Shown: positions 41,401 to 56,059, counted from the first letter of the stretch. The stretch: DNA of 64,000 bases from Macrostomum lignano (GCA_002269645.1 NIVC01002725.1:1-64000); one strand, 5' to 3'. Program-made: numbers and translations. Notes: generated by a model from the letters alone, not told the origin.

Positions 41401-43016
41401 CCAACCCAACACCACCCCAAAACCAACACCAACCCAACACCAAACCAACACCAACCCAACAACAACACCAACACCAACCCAACACCAACCCAACACCAAA
41501 CCAACACCAACCCAACACCACCCCAAAACCAACACCAACCCAACACCAAACCAACACCAACCCAACAACAACACCAACACCAACCCAACACCAACCCAGC
41601 ACCAACCCAACACCACCCCAACACCAACACCAACCCAACACCAAACCAACACCAACCCAACACCACCCCAAAACCAACACCAACCCAACACCAAACCAAC
41701 ACCAACCCAACAACAACACCAACACCAACCCAACACCAACCCAACACCAAACCAACACCAACCCAACACCACCCCAAAACCAACACCAACCCAACACCAA
41801 ACCAACACCAACCCAACACCAAACCAACACCAACCCAACAACAACACCAACACCAACCCAACACCAACCCAGCACCAACCCAGCACCAACCCCAACACCA
41901 ACCCCAACACCAATCCACAGTCTGCTGCCGAAGCACGCTGTTCCCCGGGACCGGCTGCCCATGCGAGACGAGCTGCGCTTCAAGTCGGCCACCTCGGTGC
42001 GCCGAGTGCCGCAGAGGCTGCCGCCGCCGGCCCACACAGGCATGAAGACTCTGTACTCGGACTCGTACGCCCGGCCGTCCGATGCTCGAGTGAAGGAGGC
42101 CCGGGAGTGTCCGGTTGATACGCCGTGGATGTTGCCAGGTAATGCGGTGTGGGTGTTGGGTTTGCTATGTAGGATATTGGAGAGGCTTTTTGTGCTAGGA
42201 ATCCAAGAAATCAGCTTAGAGGTTAATCCCAGCACTCGGGTGGATTAGCTAGTAGGTTAATCCAATCATTCTGGTGGATTAGCTAGTAGGTTAATTCAAT
42301 CACTCTGGTGGATTAGCTAGTAGGTTAATCAAATCACTCTGGTGGATTAGATAGTAGGTTAATCCAATCACTCTGGTGGATTAGCTAGTAGGTTAATCCA
42401 ATCACTCTGGTGGATTAGCTAGTAGGTTAATCCAATCACTCTGGTGGATTAGCTAGTAGGTTAATCCAATCACTCTGGTGGATTAGCTAGTAGGTTAATC
42501 CAATCAATCTGGTGGATTAGCAGGTCGGTTAATCCAATCACTCTGGTGGATTAGCTAGTAGGTTAATCAAATCACTCTGGTGGATTAGATAGTAGGTTAA
42601 TCCAATCACTCTGGTGGATTAGCTAGTAGGTTAATCCAATCACTTTGGTGGATTAGCTAGTAGGTTAATCAAATCACTCTGGTGGATTAGCAGGTCGGTT
42701 AATCCAATCACTCTGGTGGATTAGCTTGTAGGTTAATCAAATCACTTTGGTGGATTAGCTAGTAGGTTAATCCAACCACTCTGGTGGATTGGCGAGTAGA
42801 TTGTCTCAATCCCAAAATTCTAAAGAGATTAAATATATAACGCCAGGGCTGTAGTGGATTGTCTGAGGTGCGTGAGTATCTAAGCTTGGCATCACGTGAC
42901 CCACCTACCGCCCACCCCCCTCCGCAGCCCCGGGCGCCCGCAGCGCGATGGCCGCCCCGCAGATGTACAAGACCGAGTACCAGAGCGTAGGCAGCAAGAA
43001 AACCATCACAGTCTGA
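38442..43016 (+). CDS. Unnamed 337-aa Pro/Thr-rich protein with short SAXO/Mn-like motifs, possibly an axonemal microtubule-associated protein. Exons 38442-38573, 39390-39581, 40540-40673, 40764-41012, 41921-42138, 42928-43016
   Basis: Six GC-rich exons with GT-AG junctions join in frame (1014 nt, phases 0,0,2,2,1) from gccATG to TGA. Recurrent short motifs LYTTTSASAH, LTETQEEF, YLTTNDRAH, KTLYSDSY, YKTEYQS. The function is inference. Confidence 0.8.
39622..40468. repeat. Intronic minisatellite, 30-bp unit GATTGCATCATTTCTCAGATAGATTTGGTA, ~28 copies
   Basis: Visible; intron 39582-40539. Confidence 0.98.
41140..41915. repeat. Intronic (CCAACA)-based complex repeat
   Basis: Visible; intron 41013-41920. 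Confidence 0.95.
42235..42795. repeat. Intronic minisatellite, 34-bp unit CTCTGGTGGATTAGCTAGTAGGTTAATCCAATCA, ~16 copies
   Basis: Visible; intron 42139-42927. Confidence 0.97.
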
Positions 43017-43269
43017 GCTGCGAATCGCAGTCTGCGAGCAACATTTGTACTTTTGTTTTTTCCTGTCTTTTATTGCTAAACTATGGGAATCCATTTGTAC
43101 TTATTATATACCAGTTTTTAATTTCTTCGCCTCCCTCTGCTTCTTTCTCTCTCGTGCTTAATAAAGTAGCTTTTTTCAAATCAGAAGCGATCGACGCTAC
43201 TTTATAATATCAGAGATTTTTGTGCTAGAAATGTACGAGAATAGACTGGCTTAGTGCTTGATCCCAGGT

Positions 43270-43660
43270 CTCCTATGGATTAGCTCTTACGTTAATCCGA
43301 GCAATCTAATGGATTAGCTCTTAGGTTAATCCGAGCAATCTAATGGATTAGCGAATGGGTTAATCCGAGAAATCTAATGGATTAGCTCGTAGGTTAATCC
43401 GAACACTAGTGGATTAGCTAGTGGGTTAACTGAGCAATCTAATAGATTAGCGAATGGGTTAATCCGAGCAATCTAATGGATTAGCTCTTAGGTAAATCCG
43501 AACGCTAATGGATTAACTCCTAGGTAAATCCGAACGCTAATGGATTAACTCCTAGGTAAATCCGAATGCTAATGGATTAGCTCTTAGGTTAATCCAAGCA
43601 ATATAATACATTAACGAGTGGGTTAATCCCTGTACACTGAAATCGGGATTAGCTCGTAAG
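43270..43660. repeat. Related, more diverged ~33-34-bp minisatellite GGATTAGCTCTTAGGTTAATCCGAGCAATCTAAT, ~11 copies, downstream of the stop codon
   Basis: Visible; shares the GGATTAGC...GTTAATCC core with the 42235 array. Confidence 0.9.
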
Positions 43661-44327
43661 TTAATACCAATTAGTTTGAATTATTACAAAACAGAAACAA
43701 ATTTAATGATGTTCGGCAGTGGAGAAACTTCGTTAATAGGCCTTCAAATTATTATTTATAATTTTCAAGTACAAAAGTTCCAATTTTTCTCTTAAAAATA
43801 AACTTTTTTACAAAAAATATCGAATATTAATTAGATACCCCTTCTTTCCTTTACTGTCTACTTTTATAAGTAGCGAGTTTAGCTTGGTTATATTATAATT
43901 AAAAAACCGGATGTTTCATGAGATTTATGCCGTAAAATATTTCTTTGTTTAATTTAACATACATATGCCAGCTTACTTTTCACTAACTGATTGCGTGGAC
44001 ACTGTAATAAATTATTTTTTAAACTTTTTTTCCGAGATTTCGTCACCTCAGCCATGTCGGGATGCTTTCAATTTAGATCGAAATATACGACATAAAAAAC
44101 TAACAGTTAATATATGTAAGTCTCGTTGTAAGCGAAAATGATAATGAAATAAAAATGCTTAGAACTATTTTTACTTTTCGTTTGGTTAACTATACAAATT
44201 TGGCAGAGTACTGTAGCGAGATTACTGGTAGTCTGTTTACAATCGTTACACTATGAAATGGTTGTAATCCAGGAAATCTCATATCTCAGAATTCTGTATT
44301 TTCAAAGTGATCCCTACAAATTTCCTT

Positions 44328-44862
44328 CAGTGATCCATGTAAATCCTCCTTCAGGTTTCCTTCAGTGATCCATGTAAACCCTACTTCAGGTTTCCTTCAG
44401 TGATCCATGTAAATCCTCCTTCAGGTTTCCTTCAGTGATCCATGTAAATCCTCCTTCAGGTTTCCTTCAGTGATCCATGTAAATCCTACTTCAGGTTTCC
44501 TTCAGTGATCCATGTAAATCCTCCCTCAGGTTTCCTACAATGATCCATGTAAACCCTACTTCAGGTTTCCTTCAGTGATCCATGTAAACCCTACTTCAGG
44601 TTTCCTTCAGTGATCCATGTAAACCCTACTTCAGGTTTCCTTCAGTGATCCATGTAAACCCTACTTCAGGTTTCCTTCATGATCCATGTAAACCCTACTT
44701 CAGGTTTCCTTCAGTGATCCATGTAAATTCTACTTCAGGTTTCCTTCAGTGATCCATGTAAACCCTACTTCAGGTTTCCTTCATGATCCATGTAAACCCT
44801 ACTTCAGGTTTCCTTCAGTGATCCATGTAAACCCTACTTCAGATTTCCTTCAGTGATCCATG
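44328..44862. repeat. Minisatellite, 35-bp unit TTCAGTGATCCATGTAAACCCTACTTCAGGTTTCC, ~15 copies
   Basis: Visible. Confidence 0.97.
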
Positions 44863-45954
44863 TACATGTAAATCCTTCTTAATGGTCTTTTAGTGATCCG
44901 CCTAAATTCTCCCTAAGATTATAAATCACTTATTGTACAAAATTAATATTTTTAAAAATGCTAATTTTTGCTACTGAACTGAGTAGCTTAACAGCGCATG
45001 CCCTACATTTTATCCAAATCTGCGCCAGAAACAAAATTGCCTCCAACCCTCATTGGCCCAGATTCACTGGCCAATGCAGAAGCGGTTGGCCCTAATATAA
45101 TTTTGCAAACCTCGCAGGCCTCCGTGAGTTGAGGCTTGACAAAAAATCTGCAATCTGCATAGCAGAAGCTGTCAGGGCCTTCAGTCACTCGTCAGCCAAT
45201 CTCAAGACGCTTGAAAAACCTTTATTCAATAAACTTACTGAAGTTTCCCTACTATTCAGATGGTGAGTTTCTGCTGGCCATATGTTTATTGTATATGATT
45301 TTATTTATTAAGAATCAAAGCTCTCAGGTGTGAAGTGAATCGCAACAGTGAAGAAGACGATCGGTGAGGTCTTCCGGCTCTTTTGTTGGGAAGCCGGGAA
45401 ATCTTCCATTTTAAAAAAACTTTGTGACTATAATAATACCATATTATTTTGTTATACTAATACTTTTACAACAGCAGTGACCATGAAGACCAGAGTGAGT
45501 AATATCGCAGAGCAGCATGGTAGCTTTCTAATAAAGAGAGTCATCAGTCATGCGTGTTACGTTTGCCTAAATTCAGTTGTTAGCCCCCAGTAAGGAAGTG
45601 CAGAAGTTTTATTGTTACACACACAAACACACCCAGTGTTCCGACTTGATTGTAAATTAGTTCAGGTGTCGCTGATACAGCTTCAGGAATTCATGCCTGC
45701 TTTTTATATGGCCATTGTCCCCCGTCTGCTGACTGTGTAATATTGATTAAATCTGTCACCGCTGCCGTGACAGTGACAGAGTGTTCGAATCCCGCGGCTC
45801 TGCACAGGGCTGCGCTAGAAGTTACAGAATTGAGAGGGGTTTGGGTGTTTAACATTGTCTGGATGCAGTGGGGTGTGATTGAATGCTAGAATTTATCATT
45901 GCGTGTCTTTTCTGCAGTTGCTAACTCCTAGTCCATATCTTCTGCGATTCATAC

Positions 45955-46925
45955 TCTCCCTCTCGCTCAACCTCTCCCTCTCCCTCTCGCTCTCACCGTC
46001 TCTCCCTCTCCCTCTCGCTCAACCTCTCCCTCTCCCTCTCGCTCTCACCGTCTCTCCCTCTCGCTCTCGCTCAACCTCTCCCTCTCCCTCTCGCTCAACC
46101 TCTCCCTCTCCCTCTCGCTCTCACCGTCTCTCCCTCTCGCTCTCGCTCAACCTCTCCCTCTCCCTCTCGCTCTCACCGTCTCTCCCTCTCCCTCTCGCTC
46201 TCACCGTCTCTCCCTCTCCCTCTCGCTCAACCTCTCCCTCTCCCTCTCGCTCAACCTCTCCCTCTCCCTCTCGCTCAACCTCTCCCTCTCGCTCTCGCTC
46301 AACCTCTCCCTCTCCCTCTCGCTCAACCTCTCCCTCTCCCTCTCGCTCTCACCGTCTCTCCCTCTCCCTCTCGCTCAACCTCTCCCTCTCCCTCTCGCTC
46401 TCACCGTCTCTCCCTCTCCCTCTCACCCCTCCCTCCCTCTCCCTCTCACCCCTCTCTCCCTCTCCCTCTCACCCCTCTCTCCCTCTCCCTCTCACCCCTC
46501 CCTCCCTCTCCCTCTCACCCCTCTCTCCCTCTCCCTCTCACCCCTCTCTCCCTCTCCCTCTCACCCCTCTCTTCCTCTTCCTCTCCATCTCACCCCTCTC
46601 TCGCTCTCCCTCTCACCCCTCTCTCCCTCTTCCTCTCCATCTCACCCTTCTCTCCCTCTCCCTCTAACCCCTCTCTCCCTCTCACCCTTCTCTCCCTCTC
46701 ACCCTTCTCTCCCTCTCACCCCTCTCTTCCTCTTCCTCTCTATCTCACCCCTCTCTCCCTCTCCCTCTAACCCCTCTCTCCCTCTCACCCCTCTCTCCCT
46801 CTCACCCCTCTCTCCCTCTCACCCCTCTCTCCCTCTCACCCCTCTCTCCCTCTCCCTCTAACCCCTCTCTCCCTCTAACCCCTCTCTCCCTCTCACCACT
46901 CTCTCCCTCTCCCTCTCCCTCTCCG
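45955..46925. repeat. Polypyrimidine (CT-rich) complex repeat, ~1 kb
   Basis: Visible; CTCTCC/CTCTCA/CTCGCT subunits. Confidence 0.95.
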
Positions 46926-47620
46926 CACCCTTTCCTGTCTCATTCTCCATCATTCCATCTTCCTATCTCTCCCTCTCTCCCCCTCGACCAGTCGCTCTAC
47001 TATAGATAAAAAGCTTCAAAATTGATATTTGAAATATTCCATCAGTCACATTTTTATTATTCAACTTTGGTAGTCTAGTAATCCACCTTAAATGCTAAAT
47101 CAAAATTTCACACAGCTTGCCTGAGCAAAAACAGTTAAATTATGTGCTGTTAGAGATAGACTGTACCGCGAAAAGACCAGTCAGAAACCTTTATTCAGTT
47201 TTGAGGGAGGGGGTTTGTTGCCTGGGACCCGCGCTTGCCTTTGTCTTTGCTGCGCCGCCCACGCAAAGCCCGCCTTGCCTGTCTCTGGCCATAAACCAGA
47301 GATTGAGGCGACTGGGTTGTAGGGGCTTCATCAAAATTACGTAACCGAATTTCATTCGCATATACCCTCGTAGCCAGCGGATTTCGTGCCTCGGTAACTG
47401 GCCAAACAGATAACTCGTATAGGAGCGCGTGAAAAGACAGCAGCCAAGTGATGAAGGCTTTGAAAAGGAAATTAGACACCTCCTTCATAACAAACAGCCG
47501 CTGCAGCGGACCACTTATTTGTGCGCCATCAACTGAGTATTTTAGACCCCTATTGACTGGGCGCCCGAGTTAGGGAGGCTGCGTGGGGTGGCCGCTCGGG
47601 TTCTTCGGTGTGTCAGTCAA

Positions 47621-47892
47621 CTGCGCTGCGGTACCGGCAGCGACTGCGTCAAGAATTCTTGCCGCTTTTCGGTTGCGATGCGCAGTTTCGGCTTGTTTGG
47701 AATCTGGACTGCGCTGCGGTACCGGCAGCGACTGCGTCAAGAATTCTTGCCGCTTTTCGGTTGCGATGCGCAGTTTCGGCTTGTTTGGAATCTGGACTGC
47801 GCTGCGGTACCGGCAGCGACTGCGTCAAGAATTCTTGCCGCTTTTCGGTTGCGATGCGCAGTTTCGGCTTGTTTGGAATCTGGACTGCGCTG
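47621..47892. repeat. 88-bp unit in 3 apparently identical tandem copies
   Basis: CTGCGCTGCGGTACCGGCAG.. starts at 47621, 47709 and 47797, with a partial copy at 47885. Confidence 0.97.
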
Positions 47893-47895
47893 GGG

Positions 47896-49680
<1,785 letters not shown>

Positions 49681-50559
49681 GCCTATAGTGTTTCTTAGTG
49701 TCTGCCTGTCCGTCTCAATCTTTTACAAGTCTCCACAGTTCTCTGAAACATCGAAAACATTAAGGACAGAAATGCCTGATCGAGTCGCAAGGAACACACA
49801 GAGTTTCGGCTAAATACCCCTTAACCATAATCAGTTCTGATCTGATTGCATGCCAACATTTTTTATCTATGATTTTGGCAATCGCACTTTTTTCTACAAA
49901 AAAATCTGCCACTGCATGTATGTGCACAGCTATAGCCATAGGAAATGTATGCATTACAAAGAGCAATGATTGTATTTAAAGAACAGAAAGCATGGCATAC
50001 AAATGCTCTCCTTATAAGGTAAGGTATCGATTTCTATAGTAAATATGGGAATAGGAAGCTGAACTTCCTCAGACTTTGCAGGGGAGTTGGGGTGGTTGAG
50101 AAGGGGAGTCCACGAGAAGGCAATTGGAGCCAAAAGGCTATATGGTCGCATTTAAAACGTTCTTGTTCCCCAGTCAGACGTTGCTGGACTTACTGAAATT
50201 AATATCCAGGCGTGGGGGGTATGGTTGTGCTGTGCTGGGAGCGCTGCACTCAGGAGCTCTTCCCCCCCCCCCAGTGCCTGACTCGCTATGAAAAATGAAC
50301 AAGTGAGTCAACAGTGAACAGTTGGATTTGGCTTGGGGCATTGGGGTTGAGTCAAACTCAATTTCACAATGCATGAATTCTACTGAGAGCTTGAAATCCT
50401 ATACAGGAATTGTTTTTTTATCCCCAAGCCTGCTGGATGCAGCTCAACGATTCATTAATTATCCTATCAATTGGGGCTTTTGACAAGTTGATTTTTGTCA
50501 ATTATAATTGTCTGTCATTTTGCTGCGGATGCTCTCTGAGTCACGGGGGAATTGCTGGG

Positions 50560-51432
50560 ATGGATTACTAATCTAGCCAACATCACGGTGATAAATAAGT
50601 AGAATGGATTGCTAGTCTAGCCAATATCATCAAAGATGAAGGAATGTAATGGATTACTAATCTAGCCAACATCACGATGATAAATAAGTAGAATGGATTG
50701 CTAGTCTAGCCAATATCATCAAGGATGAAGGAATGTAATGGATTACTAATCTAGCCAACATCACGGTGATAAATAAGTAGAATGGATTGCTAGTCTAGCC
50801 AATATCATCAAAGATGAAGGAATGTAATGGATTACTAATCTAGCCAACATCACGATGATAAATAAGTAGAATGGATTGCTAGTCTAGCCAATATCATCAA
50901 GGATGAAGGAATGTAATGGATTACTAATCTAGCCAACATCACGGTGATAAATAAGTAGAATGGATTGCTAGTCTAGCTAATATCATCAAGGATGAAGGAA
51001 TAGAATGGATTGCTAATCTAGGCAACATCATGGTGATAAATAAGTAGAATGGATTGCTAGTCTAGCTAATATCATCAAGGATGAAGGAATAGAATGGATT
51101 GCTAATCTAGGCAACATCATGGTGATAAATAAGTAGAATGGATTGCTAATCTAGCCAACATCACGGTGGATGAAGGAATAGAATGGATTGCTAATCTAGC
51201 CAACATCACGGTGGATGAAGGAATAGAATGGATTGCTAATCTAGCCAACATCACGGTGGATGAAGGAATAGAATGGATTGCTAATCTAGCCAACATCACG
51301 GTGGATGAAGGAATAGAATGGATTGCTAATCTAGCCAACATCATGGTGGATGAAGGAATAGAATGGATTGCTAATCTAGTCAACATCATGGTGTATGAAG
51401 GAATAGAATGGATTGCTAGTCTAGTCAACATC
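50560..51432. repeat. Minisatellite: ~90-bp dimer converting to a 45-bp monomer
   Basis: Visible; shared core GGATTRCTARTCTAGCCAA. Confidence 0.95.
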
Positions 51433-51934
51433 TGGTGGACCCACAATTTACACACAATTTTTTCGCTCGACTTTCAACCCTGTACCCAGAAAAATTTGCA
51501 TTCCACGGGTCGGTGAAGTCTACCCACCGCCTTTGAAGATGAGAGAGAGAGAGAGAGAGAGAAGAGAGACAGGGGGTGAAGCGGCAGAATCCTTGGTTTT
51601 AAACCTCAAAATGGCCTCGGCCTGTCCCTTGAAATGTAGCAGTTGGGTCGAGAGAAAAACCATCATACTGGAGAGCCGCACCTGCCCGCGAGCCTTGGCA
51701 GGCGCCCTAATTATCCCAAATGATTAACGAGTTTGGGGGGACAAGCGAAAGTTTTGTACTTAAAATGGACGAAAAAATAACAAAAATATAAAAAATGTTG
51801 GCACCAGTTTAAGAACTTTACTGAAACTAAAAATTGAAAACAAGCCAAAAATTATTTTGGTTGTTTCTGAATATTTGATTTTGCACTTTTATTTATTTTA
51901 GTTTCAGCACAGGAAAGGTGTGGGCCGGCGTGGG

Positions 51935-52415
51935 ATGTAGAGACTCCAGCCAGCAAAGCCCTGGATGTGTGTGTGGGGGTAGAAACTCCAGCAAAGCCCT
52001 GGATGTGTGTGGGGGGTAGAGACTCCAGCAAAGCCCTGGATGTGTGTGTGTGTGGGGGTGTAGAGACTCCAGCAAAGCCCTGGATGTGTGTGTGTGTGGG
52101 GGTGTAGAGACTCCAGCAAAGCCCTGGATGTGTGTGTGGTGTGTAGAAACTCCAGCAAAGCCCTGGATATGTGTGTGTGGGGTGTAGAGACTCCAGCAAA
52201 GCCCTGGATGTGTGTGTGGGGTGTAGAGACTCCAGCAAAGCCCTGGATATGTGTGTGTGGGGTGTAGAGACTCCAGCAAAGCCCTGGATATGTGTGTGTG
52301 GGGTGTAGAGACTCCAGCAAAGCCCTGGATATGTGTGTGTGGGGGTAGAGACTCCAGCAAAGCCCTGGATATATGTGTGTGGGGGTAGAGACTCCAGCAA
52401 AGCCCTGGGTGTGTA
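51935..52415. repeat. Minisatellite, ~37-41-bp unit TGTAGAGACTCCAGCAAAGCCCTGGA+(TG)n
   Basis: Visible. Confidence 0.95.
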
Positions 52416-52859
52416 AGATTGTGCAGTGAAATGTTCCAGTTTGCAGCATCTAGGCTGTACTGCAGGGTCGCATGAGTTTTAATCGTTAGTAAAGGTTACA
52501 CTGAGGCTGGTTTTTACAATATAAATCTGCAGGTATTTCAGTGAGTTCCCATCTAGCATTAAGTCACCCAGGACGAACTCAATCAATCCATTGATTCTCG
52601 CGCCTCTGCTTTTTCACTAGCCTCTCTCTTCTGGGCTTAAATCGATTGCTTTCTTAGAAAGTTTGCTGCTTCGCGGATAAATTATTTTGCCCAATAGCCT
52701 TCCGGGGTTGCCAGGAGTCGATAGTAATGGGAATAATTACTGGCACTGGCTTATGCAGGCGTTTTGGCATCATCCAGACAATGGAACCATTATTGCTTTA
52801 TCGATCAAAGTTCATTTGCAAAACTGCAGTTTTTAATGTTTTCTTTCTCTGTGACTTTG

Positions 52860-53330
52860 GCCCTTCTCTCACTCTATGTCTCTCTGTCTCTCTCTCTCTG
52901 TCACTGTCACTATCTGTCCCTGTGTGTCACAATGTCACCGTGTGTCACTCCCTGTCACTCTGTCACCCTGTCACTCTTTGTCACTCTCAGTCGCTCTTTG
53001 GCACTCTTTGGCACTCTTTGGCACTCTGTCACTCTCTGTCACTCTCTGCCACTCTCTGTCTCTCTTTGTCACTCTCTGTCACTCTCTGTCACTCTTGGCA
53101 CTCTGTCACTCTTTTTCCCTCTCTGTCACTCTTTGTCACTCTCTGTCACTCTCTGTCACTCTTTGTCACTCTCTGTCTCTCTCTGTCACTCTCTGTCACT
53201 CTCTGTCACTCTCTGTCACTCTCTGTCACTCTTGGCACTCTGTCACTCTCTGTCACTCTCTGTCACTCTTTGTCACTCTCTGTCTCTCTTTTTCCCTCTC
53301 TGTCACTCTCTGTCGCTCTTTGTCACTGTC
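52860..53330. repeat. 10-bp repeat CTCTGTCACT
   Basis: Visible. Confidence 0.95.
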
Positions 53331-53450
53331 TGATAACAGAATTCAATAAAGCAAGTTTTCCAAGTGCAAGGCAAGGGGGTTTTGAAAGACAATTAACCAG
53401 ACAGGAAAATTTATAAGTTCAGTTCCGAGGGACAAAATGGACAGTCGGGA

Positions 53451-53523
<73 letters not shown>

Positions 53524-54529
53524 CCCTTCTTCTATTTTTACTTTCTGGCAATAAAAAAACACATTTCTCGTGCCGCTTCTTCAACTTTACAACTGGAAAA
53601 ACTGGTAATTTGAGAGACAGACAGAGAGAGGGCTGCCAAGAGAGGGTGAGAGCAGTGTATGGAGGAATGCATGGGGGTCCGTGTCCCCCCCCCAAGCACT
53701 TTCTGCCAGCCTGCCAAATAACAAAGAAAAGTGCCCACGTTTTCCTGCAGAGGCGCCGCTACTTCTGTTGACTGACAGCACTACAGCAACACAAAATTTG
53801 CATACAATCAGCTGCTTGAAGCTTTAGCAAATTAAAGAAATGACAAATCTACGACAAGAGACACTTTTGGAGCAGGCAAAACTTTTGTTAGCAACGCTTT
53901 AGAAGCGCTCACGGCGCGGCGCTTGTTACACGCAATGGTTTCGCATCGAAAATTTAATAATTCAATCAATTTTTCTTTAGTCCGCTTTCCAAAAATTTTT
54001 CAAAACAATTTATTTGCCCCGCAGATTTAGCAGTTGGCGATCTGCCGTCGGCTACAGCACTCGCGGCGAAGTCAGTCAGCTTGGCGCCTGTCATCAGCAA
54101 TGCGGAACCGGCAGCTGAGGCCCCTGACGACTGCTTTGGCGCCAATTTTTCTAGCTATTGGTGAGACAAACAAAGGAGAGTTTTACAAGTGCTTAAGTTG
54201 TTGGAAGCGGGGAGAAGTGCATGGGGGAGAAGTTTTGTTCAGGGGTGAGAAGTGAGAGAGAGAGAAGGAGGGGCGGAGCAGCTCAGCAATCGGACTCTCG
54301 TGTCCTGGTGACAGGCTTGTGAACGAAAATTGGCCTTTGGAGGGGTTGGTTGTTGTGCGATTTACAGCCATTAGGGCCAGTCCTCAGAGAGTGTACATGC
54401 CTGAGGATTAGAGAGTCAAAGGGTCGCTGTGCACCCTGCGTGAGCGTGTGTTTAAGTGCGTGCCTACGCACAGTATTGGCGCTCTTGTATGTTCTCAGAA
54501 GTCCACGGGATGGGCAGAATTGCAGAGAG

Positions 54530-55460
54530 AGATGCTCAAGGAGATGTGAGACATGTACAAAGACACGTGAGAGATGCACAAGGAGATTTGAGAGATGCAG
54601 AAGGAAATGTGAGATTGTACAATGAGATGTGAGACATATACAATGAGATGTGAGACATATACAAGGAGGTGTGAGACATGTACAATGACACGTGAGAGAT
54701 GCACAAGGAGATTTGAGAGATGCAGAAGGAAATGTGAGATTGTACAATGAGTTGTGAGACATATACAATGAGATGTGAGACATGTACAAGGTGTGAGACA
54801 TGTACAATGACACGTGAGAGATGCACAAGGAGATTTGAGAGATGCAGAAGGAAATGTGAGATTGTACAATGAGATGTGAGACATGTACAATGAGGTGTGA
54901 GACATGTGCAAAGACACGTGAGAGATGCACAAGGAGATTTGAGAGATGCAGAAGAAAATATGAGATTGTACAATGAGATGTGAGACATATACAATGAGAT
55001 GTGAGACATGTACAATGAGGTGTGAGACATGTACAAAGACACGTGAGAGATGCACAAGGAGATTTGAGAGATGCAGAAGGAAATGTGAGACATGTACAAA
55101 GAAATGTGAGACATGTACAAGGAGATGTGAGACATGTACAATGCGATGTGAGACATGTACAAAGAGATGTGAGACATGTACAAGGATATGTGAGACATGT
55201 ACAAGGATATGTGAGAGACGTACAATGAGATTTGAGAGATGCAGAAGAAAGTGTGAGACATGTACAAAGAGATGTGAGACATGTACAAGGAGATGTGAGA
55301 CATGTACAATGCGATGTGAGACATGTACAAAGAGATGTGAGACATGTACAAGGATATGTGAGACATGTACAAAGAGATGTGAGACATGCACAAGGAGATG
55401 TGAGACATGTACAAAGAGATGTGAGACATGTACACGGAGATTTGAGAGAGACAAGATGAG
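54530..55460. repeat. 21-bp-based minisatellite TGTGAGACATGTACAAAGAGA with higher-order blocks
   Basis: Visible. Confidence 0.95.
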
Positions 55461-56059
55461 GTGAGGCATGCGTGCACAGAGACAAATCTGTTTCAATTTA
55501 CAGTGATTCAGCGCATCAAACTCATCTAAAATGGCAGGCCTCATTGAATCAAAGAGGAAACAAATACAGAACGCATTGAGAATGAAATGGCAGAGTGGAT
55601 TTCCAGTTGATCCCACTGACAGAGGATCTCCTTGTCGCTAGCCAACCCGCTCAGATGCTCAAAACTTTTCCACATGGCAACCAACAGCTTGGACTCAGGA
55701 CCGCTTGACTTGCTAGTAGATAAAGACTTGCTATTTTTGCCAAGCAGTCCGGGCCCCTCAAATAGGACTACTTTAGATTCCAAATTAGGAAGGTAAATTG
55801 AGGAGAAATGCCTTCTCAAATTTCCCACTTGAATCCGTGCTTGAGCGGGCAAACGTGCGGAATGAGTCCGGACTGTATCGGTTGCCAGCACAGACTCCTT
55901 CTTAATCTCTTTCTACCTTCGCCGCCAACCAATACCTATGCCTGACTGCCTCTCAATTAAGGTGAGCCTTGAAGTTTTCTCTTTAAATATTGTTTAGTTC
56001 GTCAGAGAAGCTAAACTGCTGCGCAATGAGTGGCGTATGTGCCAGTTGGACTGGAAGCG

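Noticed and set aside
41103-42248. Mucin/extensin-like PTPTQHQ ORF
   Set aside because: CCAACA repeat inside a GT-AG intron (41013-41920); only 41921-42138 is exonic.
54283-55616. Cys-rich or His-rich repeat ORFs (CETCTKR, metallothionein-like appearance); similar ORFs at 58305-59327, 21241-22455 and 32566-33539
   Set aside because: 21-, 45- and 48-bp units are multiples of three and open in several frames on both strands; no splice or start context, and 32922-33539 is inside PAP intron 2.
55500-55900. Non-repetitive minus-strand ORF fragments (also 49760-50150, 47195-47488 and 57790-58080)
   Set aside because: No recognisable motifs and no consistent splice chain; possibly decayed transposon or unannotated exons, but not supportable by eye.
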